From Candidatus Eiseniibacteriota bacterium (GTDB taxonomy: Bacteria; Eisenbacteria; RBG-16-71-46): a stretch of 64,000 nt of DNA. This document shows, piece by piece, positions 1 through 11,825 of this stretch. The notes below the pieces were generated by a model. That model was not told where the DNA came from, did no database searches, and saw nothing but the letters and a program-made list of their open reading frames with translations. A program made the position numbers and the translations under genes. The first letter of the stretch is position 1. Every line of letters starts with the position of its first letter. Where the stretch lies: contig CAVQXP010000002.1 of the NCBI GenBank assembly GCA_963717935.1, positions 224,001 through 288,000 on the forward strand, read 5' to 3'.

Positions 1-839
1 TCGATCCAGCCCAGCAGGCGCAGGTTCACGAGCAACTGGTCCAGCGGCGTGTTGCCCGCGCGCTCGCCGAGGCCGAGCGCGCAGCCGTGCGCCCGGCTCA
101 CGCCGGCCCGGATGGCGCTCAACGTGTTCGCGACGCCGAGCCCGCGATCCGAGTGGCCGTGCCAGTCGAGTCCCACTTCGGTGCCGCTCTCGCGCACCAC
201 CTCGCGCGCGAAGCGCACCAGGCTCGCCGCGCCCGCCGGTGTGGCGTGTCCCACCGTGTCCGACAAGCAGAGCCGCTGGGCACCGCTGCGGATGGCGGCG
301 AGGAACAACCGGCGCAGCGTGTCGGGCTCCGCGCGTACCGTGTCCTCGGTCACGCAGGACACAGGCAGACCGCTGGCGGCCGCGTAGCTCACCGCCTCTT
401 CGGTGTGGCGCTGCATCAGGTCCACGGTCCAGCCCTCGGCGTACTGGCGAATGGGGGAGGAGCCGATGAAGACGCACACCTCGATCGGGATGCCCACCTT
501 CTGCGAGATCTCGAGGATGGCCGCGATGTCCGGCCGCAGGGGCCGCGCCGCGCAGTTCGGGCGCAGGGCGAGCCGCGCGTCGCGGATCTCCTCGGCGAGC
601 CGCGTCACTTCGCGCACCGCGTGGGGCCCGGCACCCGGCAGCCCGAGGTCGGCGGTGTCCACGCCGAGCCGGTCCATCAGGTGCAGGATCGCGAGCTTCC
701 TCTCGATGGACGGGCTGTGTACCGCGGGTGCCTGCAGTCCGTCGCGCAGCGTCTGGTCGTCGAGCTGGATGCGGAACGCGGGCTTCTCCCAGCGCTCGCC
801 GGCTTCGTTCCAGTCGTACATCGGCTCGTGCTCATCCAT
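1..839 (-). CDS. LeuA-like DRE-TIM metallolyase (2-isopropylmalate/citramalate/homocitrate synthase family); runs off the left edge
   Basis: Manual translation from ATG at 839: MDEHEPMYDWN...DDQTLRDGLQ...LSDTVG...WHGHSDRGLGVAN...GLGERAGN. These are the family motifs. Not in the ORF track because no stop falls in the window. Confidence 0.85.
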   Translation of the reverse strand, partial: MDEHEPMYDWNEAGERWEKPAFRIQLDDQTLRDGLQAPAVHSPSIERKLAILHLMDRLGVDTADLGLPGAGPHAVREVTRLAEEIRDARLALRPNCAARPLRPDIAAILEISQKVGIPIEVCVFIGSSPIRQYAEGWTVDLMQRHTEEAVSYAAASGLPVSCVTEDTVRAEPDTLRRLFLAAIRSGAQRLCLSDTVGHATPAGAASLVRFAREVVRESGTEVGLDWHGHSDRGLGVANTLSAIRAGVSRAHGCALGLGERAGNTPLDQLLVNLRLLGWI

Positions 840-1323
840 GGGACGCCGAGACTCCAGGGTGGAAGGTCGCAGGGCAGGATCGCAGAGTAGCCCGCCGGTC
901 ACGCGCCCACAACACGGGCAAGGCCATGCTTCGCGGCGTCGCCGCGGCGGCTGCCGGACGGGTTGGGCGTGGGCCGGAGTTCTTTGCGCGGCAGGGGATT
1001 GCCCCGCGCGCCTCAGAAGATGGATCATGGGATGCCCGCGCGCGTTGACGTCGAACACCGCGACCGCCTCCCGCAGCCGCTTCGCGCCCGGCAGACTGCG
1101 GTCGTTCACCTGACTTTCGGGGTCGTCGCGTGGACGTGCGTGGGGTCCGCGATCCACGCGTCGTACCGGGCGGGCAGCGCCCGGAGGCCTGCCCCCCGGT
1201 CTGTGCGAATATCCAGCCATCCGCCGGCTCCGGGCCGGCGGATGGGAACGCGCTTGGATGCCACGGTTGGCGTGTGCGTCCGGAGCGCAGCGAGATCCAC
1301 GGGCGGCGAAGGGCGATGACACG

Positions 1324-1743
1324 ATGCGATCGAAGACCGAGTACCTGACGATGGAACTGCCGACCCGGCGTGGGTTCGTGAACATCACGTCCGAGGTGGA
1401 GCGCGTGGTGCGCGAGAGTGGCGTGCGCGAGGGGCTCGTGCTGGTGAATCCCATGCACATCACGGCCAGCGTCTTCATCAACGACGACGAGGGCGGGCTG
1501 CACTCCGACTACGAGCGCTGGCTCGAGCGGTTGGCGCCGCACGCGCCGGTGGACCAGTACCGGCACAACGACACGGGCGAGGACAACGCCGACGCGCACC
1601 TGAAGCGGCAGGTCATGGGGCGCGAGGTGGTCGTCGCGATCACCGGTGGCCGGCTCGACTTCGGCCGCTGGGAGCAGATCTTCTACGGCGAGTTCGACGG
1701 CCGCCGCAGGAAGCGCGTCCTCGTGAAGGTGATCGGGGAGTGA
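1324..1743 (+). CDS. yjbQ: YjbQ/UPF0047 family protein (secondary thiamine-phosphate synthase)
   Basis: Motifs [23 protein letters not shown] and [14 protein letters not shown]. Confidence 0.9.
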   Translation: MRSKTEYLTMELPTRRGFVNITSEVERVVRESGVREGLVLVNPMHITASVFINDDEGGLHSDYERWLERLAPHAPVDQYRHNDTGEDNADAHLKRQVMGREVVVAITGGRLDFGRWEQIFYGEFDGRRRKRVLVKVIGE

Positions 1744-2003
1744 GCGATGCCCTCGGGCGGGGCTTCACGGAGCGCTTGAAGTGGGCCCGTCGCCGCCACG
1801 TGCCCGGTCGGCGGCTCGGAGCGCCCGGGACAGGCTTCGGGCCCCGGCCGCACCCGGGTCGCGCCCCGCTTCTCGCGCGGCCGGCTTTTCGCTAGAGTCC
1901 GTCCGAACGGTCCTGCCGAGGGAGCCTGCCACGGGGCCTCCTCCGTCCGCAGGCCCGGACCCGGGCCCGCGACCCTCCCCGTCATTCCGAAGGAGCACCT
2001 TCC

Positions 2004-3221
2004 GTGACCCCATCCCTCGTCGAATCGCTCGCCCTCGAGAACACGACGCGGATCGTGCTGCTCGTCCTCGACGGGCTCGGCGACCTGCCGAACCCCGACC
2101 GTGAATGGCTCACCCCGCTCGAGGCGGCGCGCACGCCCAACTTCGACGCCCTCGCTCCGCGTTGCGCGCTCGGGCGGATCCTGCCAGTGGCCCCGGGCAT
2201 CACGCCCGGCAGCGGCCCCGGGCATCTCGCGCTCTTCGGCTACGACCCGGTCGAGACCGTGGTGGGTCGCGGCGTGCTGGAGGCGATCGGCGCCGGCTTC
2301 GAGCTCCAGCCGGGTGACGTCGCGGCGCGCGCGAACTTCTGCGCCGTGGACGGCGCCGGGGTGATCACCGATCGGCGGGCGGGCCGCATCCCCAGCGAGG
2401 AGTGTGCGCGCCTGGTGGGACGGCTGCAGGCGGAGATCCAGCGCATCGAGGACGTCGAGATCCTGCTCCGGGCGGGCAAGGGTCACCGCTTCGTGGTGGT
2501 GTTGCGGGGTCCGGGACTGGCGGGCGAGGTGAGTGACGCCGACCCTCACAAGGAGGGGAGGACGACGCCGCCCGCGGTACCGCTCGCAGCGGAGGCCGGC
2601 GCGGCGAAGACGGCGCGCGTCGTCAACGCGCTGATCGCGCGGGCCGCGAAGGTTCTGGAGGAGGAGCGCCCGGCGAACGCGGTGCTGATGCGCGGGCTCT
2701 CGGCTCGTCCGCACTTCCCGGGCTTCCGGGAGCGCTTCAAGCTGCGCGCCGCGGCGCTGGCCGCCTACCCGATGTATCGCGGCGTGGCGCAACTCGCCGG
2801 CATGGCGGTGCTGCCCGTGGGCGACACGCCCGGCGACGCCTTCGCGGCGGCCGGGCGCGCGTGGAACGATCACGACTTCTTCTTCATCCACATCAAGGGC
2901 ACCGACCAGGCGGGGGAGGACGGCAACTTCGACGCCAAGGTCGCGACCATCGAGGCCGTGGACCAGGCTTTGCCCGCGCTGCTCGCGCTCAAGCCCGATG
3001 TGCTGTGCGTGAGTGGCGACCACTCGACGCCGGTGCCGGTGAAGCAGCATTCCTGGCACCCGGTGCCGACGCTGGTACACGCGCCCTTCTGCGGCGCGGA
3101 CCGGCTGCCCCGCTTCCACGAGCGGAACGCGCGTGCCGGCAGCCTCGGCGTGTTCCCGAGCAGGGACCTGATGGCCGTGCTGATGGCGAATGCCGGCCGC
3201 CTCGACAAGTACGGAGCGTGA
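2004..3221 (+). CDS. apgM: 2,3-bisphosphoglycerate-independent phosphoglycerate mutase (ApgM type)
   Basis: Motifs LDGLGD, TPLEAA.TPN.D, PGSGPGHLALFGYDP, HIKGTDQAGEDG, GDHSTP and HSWHPVP; AAGGAG RBS before the GTG start. Confidence 0.92.
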   Translation: MTPSLVESLALENTTRIVLLVLDGLGDLPNPDREWLTPLEAARTPNFDALAPRCALGRILPVAPGITPGSGPGHLALFGYDPVETVVGRGVLEAIGAGFELQPGDVAARANFCAVDGAGVITDRRAGRIPSEECARLVGRLQAEIQRIEDVEILLRAGKGHRFVVVLRGPGLAGEVSDADPHKEGRTTPPAVPLAAEAGAAKTARVVNALIARAAKVLEEERPANAVLMRGLSARPHFPGFRERFKLRAAALAAYPMYRGVAQLAGMAVLPVGDTPGDAFAAAGRAWNDHDFFFIHIKGTDQAGEDGNFDAKVATIEAVDQALPALLALKPDVLCVSGDHSTPVPVKQHSWHPVPTLVHAPFCGADRLPRFHERNARAGSLGVFPSRDLMAVLMANAGRLDKYGA

Positions 3222-4351
3222 ACGTGCGGACTTCATGGTCTTGGCTGTGCGCGGCCGTCCTCCTGGTCACGGCGTCCGATGCCGGGGCTCAGCCTCCCGC
3301 TCCGCTCGACGTCGCCAGGTTCTACCCCTTCCCGGGCGCCGTCCCGGGCCCGGCCTCCGCGGTCTCGACGGGGCTCGCGCTCGCCGACCGCTGGCTCGGC
3401 GACGAGCCCTTCGAGAACCCCGCAGCCTCGCCGGCGCGCGGGGTCATGGTGGCCCCGGTGTTCCAGCGCGTGAAGCGGCAGGACCTGCCCGCGGACTACC
3501 GCGACTACGACGAGATCGCGGGCTACCTGGACCTGGCTGGGGGCTGGCTCTCGCTGCCGGTGCGAGGGCTCGGCGTCACGCTCTACGCGTTCGAGCCCGT
3601 GCTGCGGCTCGAGGACGCGGCCTTCACCGCGAAGCCGGACGAGGTGCCCGGCACCTTCGCCGCCACGAGCAGTGCGCGCGAGTTGCGCGCCGGCCTCGCG
3701 CTCTCGCGTGCGTGGTTCGGCGCGCGGTTCGGCGCGGCGGTCGAGTGGACCCGCCGGGAGGACTTCTACGACTTCACCGAGTTCTCGGGCAGCCCGCTCG
3801 CGGGACTGCGCCACGTGGACTTCTCGGGCGACGGCATCGGCTTCCAGGCCGGCGCGAGCGTCCCGGTCGCTTCCGTCGTCGCGCTCGGCGGCGCGCTGCG
3901 CTACGTGCCGTCGCTCGACCTTTGCGGCCGGCAGACGATCGAGGCCGAGGGCCTGGTGCAGGACGTCTTGGTCACGCGCGAGGCGGGCTGGGACGGGGGC
4001 GTCTCGGCGCGCTGGACGGTGAGCGACGCGTTCCGCGTGCTCGCCTCGCTGGGGGGCCGCACGGCGCAGGCGTGGGACGGCTTCGGCGTCTCGGCCGGCC
4101 GCGCCGTGAGCTGGAGTGCGGGCTTCGAATACGAGGAGCCCGAGCAACCCTGGACGTTCCGCTTCGGCCTGGGCCAGGAGCAGCAGGACGGCACGCCCGA
4201 ACCCCGCGCCGGCGTGTACGCGCTGGGAGTGGGCTGGAAGGCCGAAGCGCTGTGGCTGGACCTGGGCGTGTTGCGGCGCTCGTTCGAGCGCGTGGGGAGG
4301 GCCACGTCGTACGACGACCGGGTCGTCGCCGGCCTGACGGTCGGGCTCTGA
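3218..4351 (+). CDS. Secreted or outer-membrane beta-barrel protein of unknown function
   Basis: GTGA overlap with the apgM stop; signal-peptide-like N-terminus; amphipathic aromatic-rich strands ending VAGLTVGL. Confidence 0.6.
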   Translation: MNVRTSWSWLCAAVLLVTASDAGAQPPAPLDVARFYPFPGAVPGPASAVSTGLALADRWLGDEPFENPAASPARGVMVAPVFQRVKRQDLPADYRDYDEIAGYLDLAGGWLSLPVRGLGVTLYAFEPVLRLEDAAFTAKPDEVPGTFAATSSARELRAGLALSRAWFGARFGAAVEWTRREDFYDFTEFSGSPLAGLRHVDFSGDGIGFQAGASVPVASVVALGGALRYVPSLDLCGRQTIEAEGLVQDVLVTREAGWDGGVSARWTVSDAFRVLASLGGRTAQAWDGFGVSAGRAVSWSAGFEYEEPEQPWTFRFGLGQEQQDGTPEPRAGVYALGVGWKAEALWLDLGVLRRSFERVGRATSYDDRVVAGLTVGL

Positions 4352-4388
4352 CGGGATTCCCGGCTGCAGGTCCGCACCCGCTCCCTTG

Positions 4389-4397
4389 TGCTAGACT
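4389..4397 (+). promoter_or_regulatory. Putative extended -10 element (TGcTAGACT) upstream of tRNA-Leu/tig
   Basis: TGnTAnnnT match about 80 nt before the tRNA. Confidence 0.45.
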
Positions 4398-4478
4398 GCG
4401 GCCGCTTCCGGCCCGGTTGCCCCGGCCCGGGACGGACTTCCGGATTCCGGGGCCCGCGGTTCTCCCTGGAATTCCTGT

Positions 4479-4560
4479 GCGAGAGTGGCGGAACTGGCAG
4501 ACGCGCCGGATTTAGGATCCGGTGGGGAAACTCGTGGGGGTTCAAATCCCCCCTCTCGCA
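4479..4560 (+). tRNA. tRNA-Leu (anticodon TAG); CCA not encoded
   Basis: Acceptor stem GCGAGAG/CTCTCGC, anticodon arm CCGGA-TTTAGGA-TCCGG, long variable arm, T-loop GTTCAAATC; the usual position upstream of tig. Confidence 0.95.
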
Positions 4561-4608
4561 GAATCCCCAGCCCGACGTTCCAACACGTCACGGAGTGAGA
4601 CTCGACGC

Positions 4609-5904
4609 ATGAACCTATCGGTACGTTCGACGGGAAACTGGCAGCACACGCTGGACATCGAGATCCCGGTGGAGGAGGTGGACGGCCGGCTGGAGGAGGT
4701 CGCGCGCCAGCTGCAGCGCCGCGCGAGCCTGCCCGGCTTCCGCAAGGGACGGGTCCCGCTGGACATGGTGCGCCAGCATTACGCGGAGGCGGTGGAGCAG
4801 GAGTTCCTCGAGACCTTCGTGCCACGCTTCGCCACCGAGGCCATCGATGAGGCGAAACTCGCGCCGGTCGTCACCCCGATCGTCCGCAATCTGAGCTTCG
4901 GGCCCGGCAAGCCGCTGCGCTTCGAGGCGGTGGTCGAGGTCCGGCCCGAGGTGGAGGCGAAGGACTACAAGGGCATCAAGGTGCAGCGGCACACGAGCCC
5001 CGTGGACGACACGGCGGTGGCCGCGGTCCTGCAGCAGCTCCGGGAGGACTCGGCCGTCTTCGCGGACCTGGCCCGGCCGGCCGAGCGCGGGGACGTCGTG
5101 CTGCTCGACTCGGTCCGGGTGGACGCCAACGGCCGGCGCATGTCCGGCACCCGGGCGAAGAACCGGCGCATCGAGCTGGGGGCCGCCGGCGTGGCGCCCG
5201 AGCTCGAGAGCGGGTTGCTGGGGGCCGAGCCCGGCCAGGAGCGCACCATCGAGATCCAGTACCCGGCCGACTACCCGGCCGAGGAACTGGCCGGGAAGAG
5301 CGCCCGGTACCTGGTTTCGGTGCGGAAAATCCAGGAGAAGAAGTTGCGTGACCTGGACGATAACCTTGCCAAGGAGGTCTTCGGGCTGCAGTCGTTCGAA
5401 GAACTGCGCTCGCGTGTGCGCCTGAACCTCGAAGGGGAGGAGCGCGTGCGGGTCCGACGCGAACTGGACTCGGCGGTCTCCGCCGAGCTCATCCGACGCA
5501 GTCCCTTCGACCTGCCCGGCGGGCTGACGCAGCGCACGCTCGAGCGGGTGATCGAGGAGGCGGTCCAGGGGCGGACGGTCCCCGAGGACCTGCGCAAGCA
5601 ACTCGAGGAGCGCTACCGTCCGGGCGTGGAACAGTCGCTGAAGCGCGAGGTCCTGCTGGACGCGGTGGCGCGCCAGGAGAAGCTCGAGGTCAGCGACGAG
5701 GAGGTGGCCGGGGAGATCCAGCGCATGGCGCAGTCGGACCCGCGGCAGGCGGCCCGGGTGCGGGCGCGCTACCAGTCGGCCGAGCGCCGCGAGGCGCTGC
5801 GCGATTCGCTGCTGGAGCGCAAGGCGCTGGACTGGTTGATCGACGCGGCCGAGATCGTGGACGAGGCGGCGGCATCGCCGCTCATCATGCCGGCCGGCCG
5901 CTGA
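4609..5904 (+). CDS. tig: Trigger factor
   Basis: Ribosome-binding motif PGFRKGRVP; tig-clpP-clpX synteny. Confidence 0.93.
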   Translation: MNLSVRSTGNWQHTLDIEIPVEEVDGRLEEVARQLQRRASLPGFRKGRVPLDMVRQHYAEAVEQEFLETFVPRFATEAIDEAKLAPVVTPIVRNLSFGPGKPLRFEAVVEVRPEVEAKDYKGIKVQRHTSPVDDTAVAAVLQQLREDSAVFADLARPAERGDVVLLDSVRVDANGRRMSGTRAKNRRIELGAAGVAPELESGLLGAEPGQERTIEIQYPADYPAEELAGKSARYLVSVRKIQEKKLRDLDDNLAKEVFGLQSFEELRSRVRLNLEGEERVRVRRELDSAVSAELIRRSPFDLPGGLTQRTLERVIEEAVQGRTVPEDLRKQLEERYRPGVEQSLKREVLLDAVARQEKLEVSDEEVAGEIQRMAQSDPRQAARVRARYQSAERREALRDSLLERKALDWLIDAAEIVDEAAASPLIMPAGR

Positions 5905-5933
5905 GTCGGGACGGACGAGGGAGGTAGCGGGGT

Positions 5934-6518
5934 ATGGGACTGGTTCCCATCGTGGTGGAACAGACGGGCCGCGGCGAGCGCGCCTACGACATCTACTCGC
6001 GGCTGCTCAAGGACCGCATCATCTTCATCGGCACGCCCATCGACGACACGATCGCCAACCTGGTGATCGCGCAGATGATCTTCCTCGAGGGCGAGGATCC
6101 CGATCGCGACATCAACCTGTACATCCACAGCCCGGGCGGCTACGTGACCGCCGGGCTCGCCATCTACGACACCATGCAGTTCGTGAAGCCCCCCGTGGCC
6201 ACGCTCTGCATGGGGCAGGCGGCCAGCATGGCCGCGGTGCTGCTGGCGGCGGGGGCGAAGGGCAAGCGCTCGGCCCTGCCCAACTCGCGCATCATGATCC
6301 ACCAGCCCTCGGGTGGCACGCAGGGACAGACCACCGACATCGAGATCTACACCAGGGAGATGGTCAAGATGCGCGACCAACTCAACGGCATCATGGCCAA
6401 GCACACCGGCAAGTCCGTGGAGCAGATTTCGAAGGACATGGACCGCAACTACTTCATGTCGGTCGAGGAGTCCAAGGAGTACGGTCTCATCGACGAGATC
6501 ATCGAGAAACGCCGTTAG
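5934..6518 (+). CDS. clpP: ATP-dependent Clp protease proteolytic subunit
   Basis: Motifs [27 protein letters not shown] and MIHQP. Confidence 0.97.
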   Translation: MGLVPIVVEQTGRGERAYDIYSRLLKDRIIFIGTPIDDTIANLVIAQMIFLEGEDPDRDINLYIHSPGGYVTAGLAIYDTMQFVKPPVATLCMGQAASMAAVLLAAGAKGKRSALPNSRIMIHQPSGGTQGQTTDIEIYTREMVKMRDQLNGIMAKHTGKSVEQISKDMDRNYFMSVEESKEYGLIDEIIEKRR

Positions 6519-6533
6519 GAAGACGGGACCCCG

Positions 6534-7793
<1,260 letters not shown>

Positions 7794-8043
7794 GCCCGGT
7801 TCCGCGCGGCCGGGCTTCAGCCCGGCTGCGCGCCGCCCGCCCCGGGCGGGCCGCCAGCGCCCCACTCGCATCCCATCGACTCAGGCTGTAGTCTGACGCG
7901 CGCGTGAGCCCTGCGCGGGGGACCGGTCCCGGCCGGCCCGCGTGCGACGATGCGCCCCGGCGCGACCCGCGCGGCGCCCACCCGGGAGGCGGGGCCGGGG
8001 TCCCGCGAGCACGGTCCGCACGAACCCGCACCAAGGAGCCCCT

Positions 8044-10575
8044 GTGTCGCCCAGCAGCCCCCGCACGAAGCGCCGCCCGCCCGCGAAGCCGGAGTCCGCC
8101 CCGGCCGGGGCTCCCGCGAAGAAGAAGCCCGGGCCGGGCCCGGCGCTCGTGGTCACCCGCGGGGAGGAGACCTTCCAGGTTCGCGACCGCCTGCCGCTGC
8201 TGCCGCTGCGCGACGTCGTCGTGTTCCCCTCGATGACCATCCCGCTGCTGGTGGGGCGGCTGCCTTCCATCAGCGCGCTCGAGAAGGCCGTGGCGCGTGA
8301 CCGGTTGCTGTTCGTCACGGCGCAGACGCGCAGCGAGGTGGCCGATCCGACTCACGAGGAGCTCTACCCGGTGGGCACGCTGGCGCGCGTGCTCCAGCTC
8401 TTTCGTCTGCCCGACGGCACCATGCGGGTGCTGGTCGAGGGCCTGGTCCGCTGCCGTGCCCGGCGCTTCCTCTGGTCGAACGACTACTTCACGGTGAAGC
8501 TCGCGCTCGTGCCCGAGGCTCCGCCGGCTGGCGGGCCGGAACTGGAGGCGGCCCAGCGGCACGTATTGGGGCAGTTCAACGACTACGTGCACCTGAACCG
8601 GCGCATCCCTGACGAGGTCCTCACCACCGCCAGCGCCCTGACCGACCCGATGGCCCTGAGCTACACGCTCGCGGCGCACCTGCTGGTCAAGGTCTCGCAG
8701 AAGCAGCGGCTGCTCGAGGCTGCGGGCCCGGCCGAGCGGCTGCGCCTGCTGGGCGAGATGCTGGGAGCGGAGCTGGAGATCCTCAAGCTCGAGCGCAAGA
8801 TCGAGGGGCAGGTCCGCTCGCAGGTACACCGCAATCAGAAGGAGTTCTATCTCAACGAGCAGCTCAAGGCGATCCGCAAGGAGCTCGGCCACCAGAACGA
8901 GTTCGCCAGCGAGATCGACGATCTGAGCGTGGCCATCCGCAAGGCCCGCCTGCCGCGCGAGGTGCTGGCGAAGGCGATGAAGGAGCTGGACCGCCTCTCC
9001 AAGATGAGCTTCATGTCGCCCGAGGCGACGGTGGTGCGCAACTACCTGGACTGGCTGGTGTCGCTGCCCTGGGCCAGGGCCTCCCGCGACCAGAGCGACA
9101 TGGCGAAGGTCGAGAGCATCCTCGACGAAGACCACTTCGGACTGCAGAAGGTGAAGGAGCGCATCGTCGAGTATCTGGCGGTGCTCAAGCTGACGAAGAA
9201 GAACAAGGGCCCCATCCTGTGTCTGGTGGGGCCGCCGGGGGTGGGCAAGACCTCGCTTGGCCGCTCGATCGCACGGGCGCTCTCGCGCCGTTTCGTGCGC
9301 GTCGCGCTCGGTGGCGTGCGCGACGAGGCCGAGATCCGGGGGCACCGGCGCACCTACATCGGCTCGCTGCCGGGACGCGTCATCCAGAGCATCCGCCGGG
9401 CGGGCACGCGGAACCCGGTATTCCTGCTCGACGAGATCGACAAGCTCGGCGCCGATTTCCGCGGCGACCCCGCCTCGGCGCTGCTCGAGGTGCTGGATCC
9501 CGAGCAGAACCACACCTTCAACGACCACTACCTCGAAGTGGACTTCGACCTCTCGCAGGTGATGTTCATCTGCACGGCCAACTCCCAGCACTCGATCCCG
9601 CCGGCGCTCGTGGACCGCATGGAAACCCTCCGGCTGCCGTCCTATCACGAGAGCGAGAAGGTGCAGATCGCGCGGCGCTTCCTCATTCCCAAGCAGATCA
9701 AGGCGGCCGGACTCGAGCCCGCCAACCTGCAGATCGCCGCGCCGGCGCTGGCCGCGCTCATCCGCAGCTACACGCGCGAGGCCGGTGTGCGGAATCTGGA
9801 GCGCGAGATCGCCGGGCTGTGCCGCAAGGCGGCCAGGCGCAAGGCGGCGGGCCAGCTGGAGGGGGCGATGAACGTCACGCTCTCCAACCTGCACCGCTTC
9901 CTGGGGCCGCCCAAGTACATCGACCTGGCGGTGGAGCGCGTGGACCGGGTGGGCCTCGCGAACGGCCTGGCCTGGACCGAGGCGGGGGGCGACGTGCTCA
10001 CGATCGAGGTCAGCATCCTGCCCGGCAAGGGCGAGCTGCAGCTCACCGGGAAGCTGGGCGAGGTGATGCGCGAGTCCGCGCACGCGGCGCTCACCTGGAT
10101 CCGCTCCCGCGCCGAGCGCCTGGGACTCGACAAGCACTTCCACCGCGAGGTCGACGTGCACGTGCACGTGCCCGAGGGAGCCACGCCCAAGGACGGCCCT
10201 TCCGCCGGCATCTCGATCGCCCTGGCGATGGTGAGCGCGCTCACCGGCATCCCGACGCGGCACGAGGTCGCCATGACCGGCGAGATCACGCTGCGCGGGA
10301 ACGTCATCGCCGTGGGCGGCCTCACCGAGAAATCGCTGGCCGCCCGGCGCGCCGGTCTCGAGGTGATGCTGCTGCCCCGGTCGAACGAGAAGGACATCGC
10401 GGAGATGCCCGAGGAGGTGCGGGAGGGGCTCGAGCTCGTGCTGGTCGAGAGCATGGACCAGGTCCTCGATCGGGCGCTCGAACGCAAGGTCGAGCCGCGC
10501 ACCGCCGCGCCGCCGCCGCCGGCCGCGCCCGTCGTGAAACCACAGGAGGAGGGGCCGGCGGAGTACGCGCACTGA
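8044..10575 (+). CDS. lon: Lon (La) protease
   Basis: LPLLPLRD N-domain, GPPGVGKTS, RGHRRTYIG and catalytic PKDGPSAG; AAGGAG before the GTG at 8044. Confidence 0.96.
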   Translation: MSPSSPRTKRRPPAKPESAPAGAPAKKKPGPGPALVVTRGEETFQVRDRLPLLPLRDVVVFPSMTIPLLVGRLPSISALEKAVARDRLLFVTAQTRSEVADPTHEELYPVGTLARVLQLFRLPDGTMRVLVEGLVRCRARRFLWSNDYFTVKLALVPEAPPAGGPELEAAQRHVLGQFNDYVHLNRRIPDEVLTTASALTDPMALSYTLAAHLLVKVSQKQRLLEAAGPAERLRLLGEMLGAELEILKLERKIEGQVRSQVHRNQKEFYLNEQLKAIRKELGHQNEFASEIDDLSVAIRKARLPREVLAKAMKELDRLSKMSFMSPEATVVRNYLDWLVSLPWARASRDQSDMAKVESILDEDHFGLQKVKERIVEYLAVLKLTKKNKGPILCLVGPPGVGKTSLGRSIARALSRRFVRVALGGVRDEAEIRGHRRTYIGSLPGRVIQSIRRAGTRNPVFLLDEIDKLGADFRGDPASALLEVLDPEQNHTFNDHYLEVDFDLSQVMFICTANSQHSIPPALVDRMETLRLPSYHESEKVQIARRFLIPKQIKAAGLEPANLQIAAPALAALIRSYTREAGVRNLEREIAGLCRKAARRKAAGQLEGAMNVTLSNLHRFLGPPKYIDLAVERVDRVGLANGLAWTEAGGDVLTIEVSILPGKGELQLTGKLGEVMRESAHAALTWIRSRAERLGLDKHFHREVDVHVHVPEGATPKDGPSAGISIALAMVSALTGIPTRHEVAMTGEITLRGNVIAVGGLTEKSLAARRAGLEVMLLPRSNEKDIAEMPEEVREGLELVLVESMDQVLDRALERKVEPRTAAPPPPAAPVVKPQEEGPAEYAH

Positions 10576-10603
10576 GATACCGTCTGGTTCATCAAGCGGT
10601 TTT

Positions 10604-11788
10604 TCATGCCGTCGCCTCCGCAGGATGGAGGATGGGGACAAACGGCTGCCGGCGCCGGGCCACGCTGTGGACGGCGCCGAGCAGCTTGTGCATGCAGGCG
10701 ACGAGCGCGACCTTGGGCAGCTTGCCGCGAGCGCGCAGGCGTTCGTAGTAGGCCTTGAGCCACGGGTTCTTCTGCACTGCGGTCAGGGTCGGCATCCAGA
10801 GGGCCTTGCGCAGCCGGGCGTTGCCGATCGAGGAGCAGCCTGCGCGTCGCGGCTGGTGTTTGCCCGACTGTTTGAGGGCAGGCACGACACCGACGTAGGC
10901 CGCCAGCGTTGCGGGCGAGTGGAAGTCGGCCGGGTTGCCGACCTCGGCGATGATGCGGGCGGCCGTGGTCGGGCCGATGCCATCGATGGTCGTGAGCAGC
11001 GTCCCGACCTCGTGCTCTGCGAGCGTGCACTCGATGTCGCCATCGATCTCGCGCAGGCGGCGGCGCAGCAGGTCCATGTCCTCGCAGCAGTGGTGAACCT
11101 GCAGGCGGTACGGAGGGCCGTGGAAGTGCCCGACCGAGACCCGCGCGGCCTCAATCAGGACCTTCGCGAGTTCGGGGCCCACGACGTGATGCCCGTCGTA
11201 ACGCAGGCGCGCGAGCCGCCCTGGCGCGAGGCCGTGGAACGCCTCGGCCGTGGGGTACTCATGCAGGATCGTGGTTGCCAACGCGCTGTCGAGGCTGTGC
11301 ACGTGACGGGTGAACTCGGGGAACCCCAGGTCCACCAGCCGGTGCAACTGGCGGGTGCGATCGCCGAAGTCCTGTACCAGCCGGTCACGGTGGCGCACGA
11401 GCTCGCGCAGTTCGTCCGTCGCGCGGTCGGGCAGCCGCGTCGCCGCCGGGTGCTTCTGTGACGCAAAGCGGGCGATATTCAGCGCGTCGACCGCGTCGGT
11501 CTTGGTGCGCTCGAGTTCCTCCTGCGCGAACCGGCTCGTCCGCCGCGGGTTCAGCAACGCAATCGCGAAGCCCTCACCGGCGAGCATCGCAAACAGGTTC
11601 TTCCAGTAGTGCCCGGTTGCCTCCATCGCCACCAGCGTGTCGGTGCTGGCCCCCAGCAACTCGCGCATCCGCGCGTAGCCCGCGGCGTCCTCGGCACACT
11701 TCGCGGCGCTCCGCAGCACCGCGCCGGCCTCATCCACGATGGCCACCACGTGCTGCTCCGAGCCGATGTCGATCCCCACGTAACGCAT
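10604..11788 (-). CDS. IS110-family DEDD recombinase/transposase
   Basis: Motifs YVGIDIG, MEATG, KTDAVDA, LTTIDGIG, AYVGVVP..KQSG (catalytic Ser) and GNARLR; TAAGGAG RBS. Confidence 0.95.
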   Translation of the reverse strand: MRYVGIDIGSEQHVVAIVDEAGAVLRSAAKCAEDAAGYARMRELLGASTDTLVAMEATGHYWKNLFAMLAGEGFAIALLNPRRTSRFAQEELERTKTDAVDALNIARFASQKHPAATRLPDRATDELRELVRHRDRLVQDFGDRTRQLHRLVDLGFPEFTRHVHSLDSALATTILHEYPTAEAFHGLAPGRLARLRYDGHHVVGPELAKVLIEAARVSVGHFHGPPYRLQVHHCCEDMDLLRRRLREIDGDIECTLAEHEVGTLLTTIDGIGPTTAARIIAEVGNPADFHSPATLAAYVGVVPALKQSGKHQPRRAGCSSIGNARLRKALWMPTLTAVQKNPWLKAYYERLRARGKLPKVALVACMHKLLGAVHSVARRRQPFVPILHPAEATA

Positions 11789-11825
11789 GCCCGTACTCCT
11801 TACCGACGGGAGTCCCCGGGAGCCT

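Noticed and set aside
840..1323. Intergenic region with a 12-bp hairpin (1217-1245) and a short minus-strand ORF containing [12 protein letters not shown], faintly HUH-transposase-like
   Set aside because: Too short, with no other family motifs; cannot support a gene or RNA call.
4522..4608. Longer N-termini given by the ORF track for tig, lon, the IS110 recombinase, purA and ribD
   Set aside because: They overlap the tRNA, bridge RNA or promoter regions; downstream starts have better RBS and family-typical N-termini.
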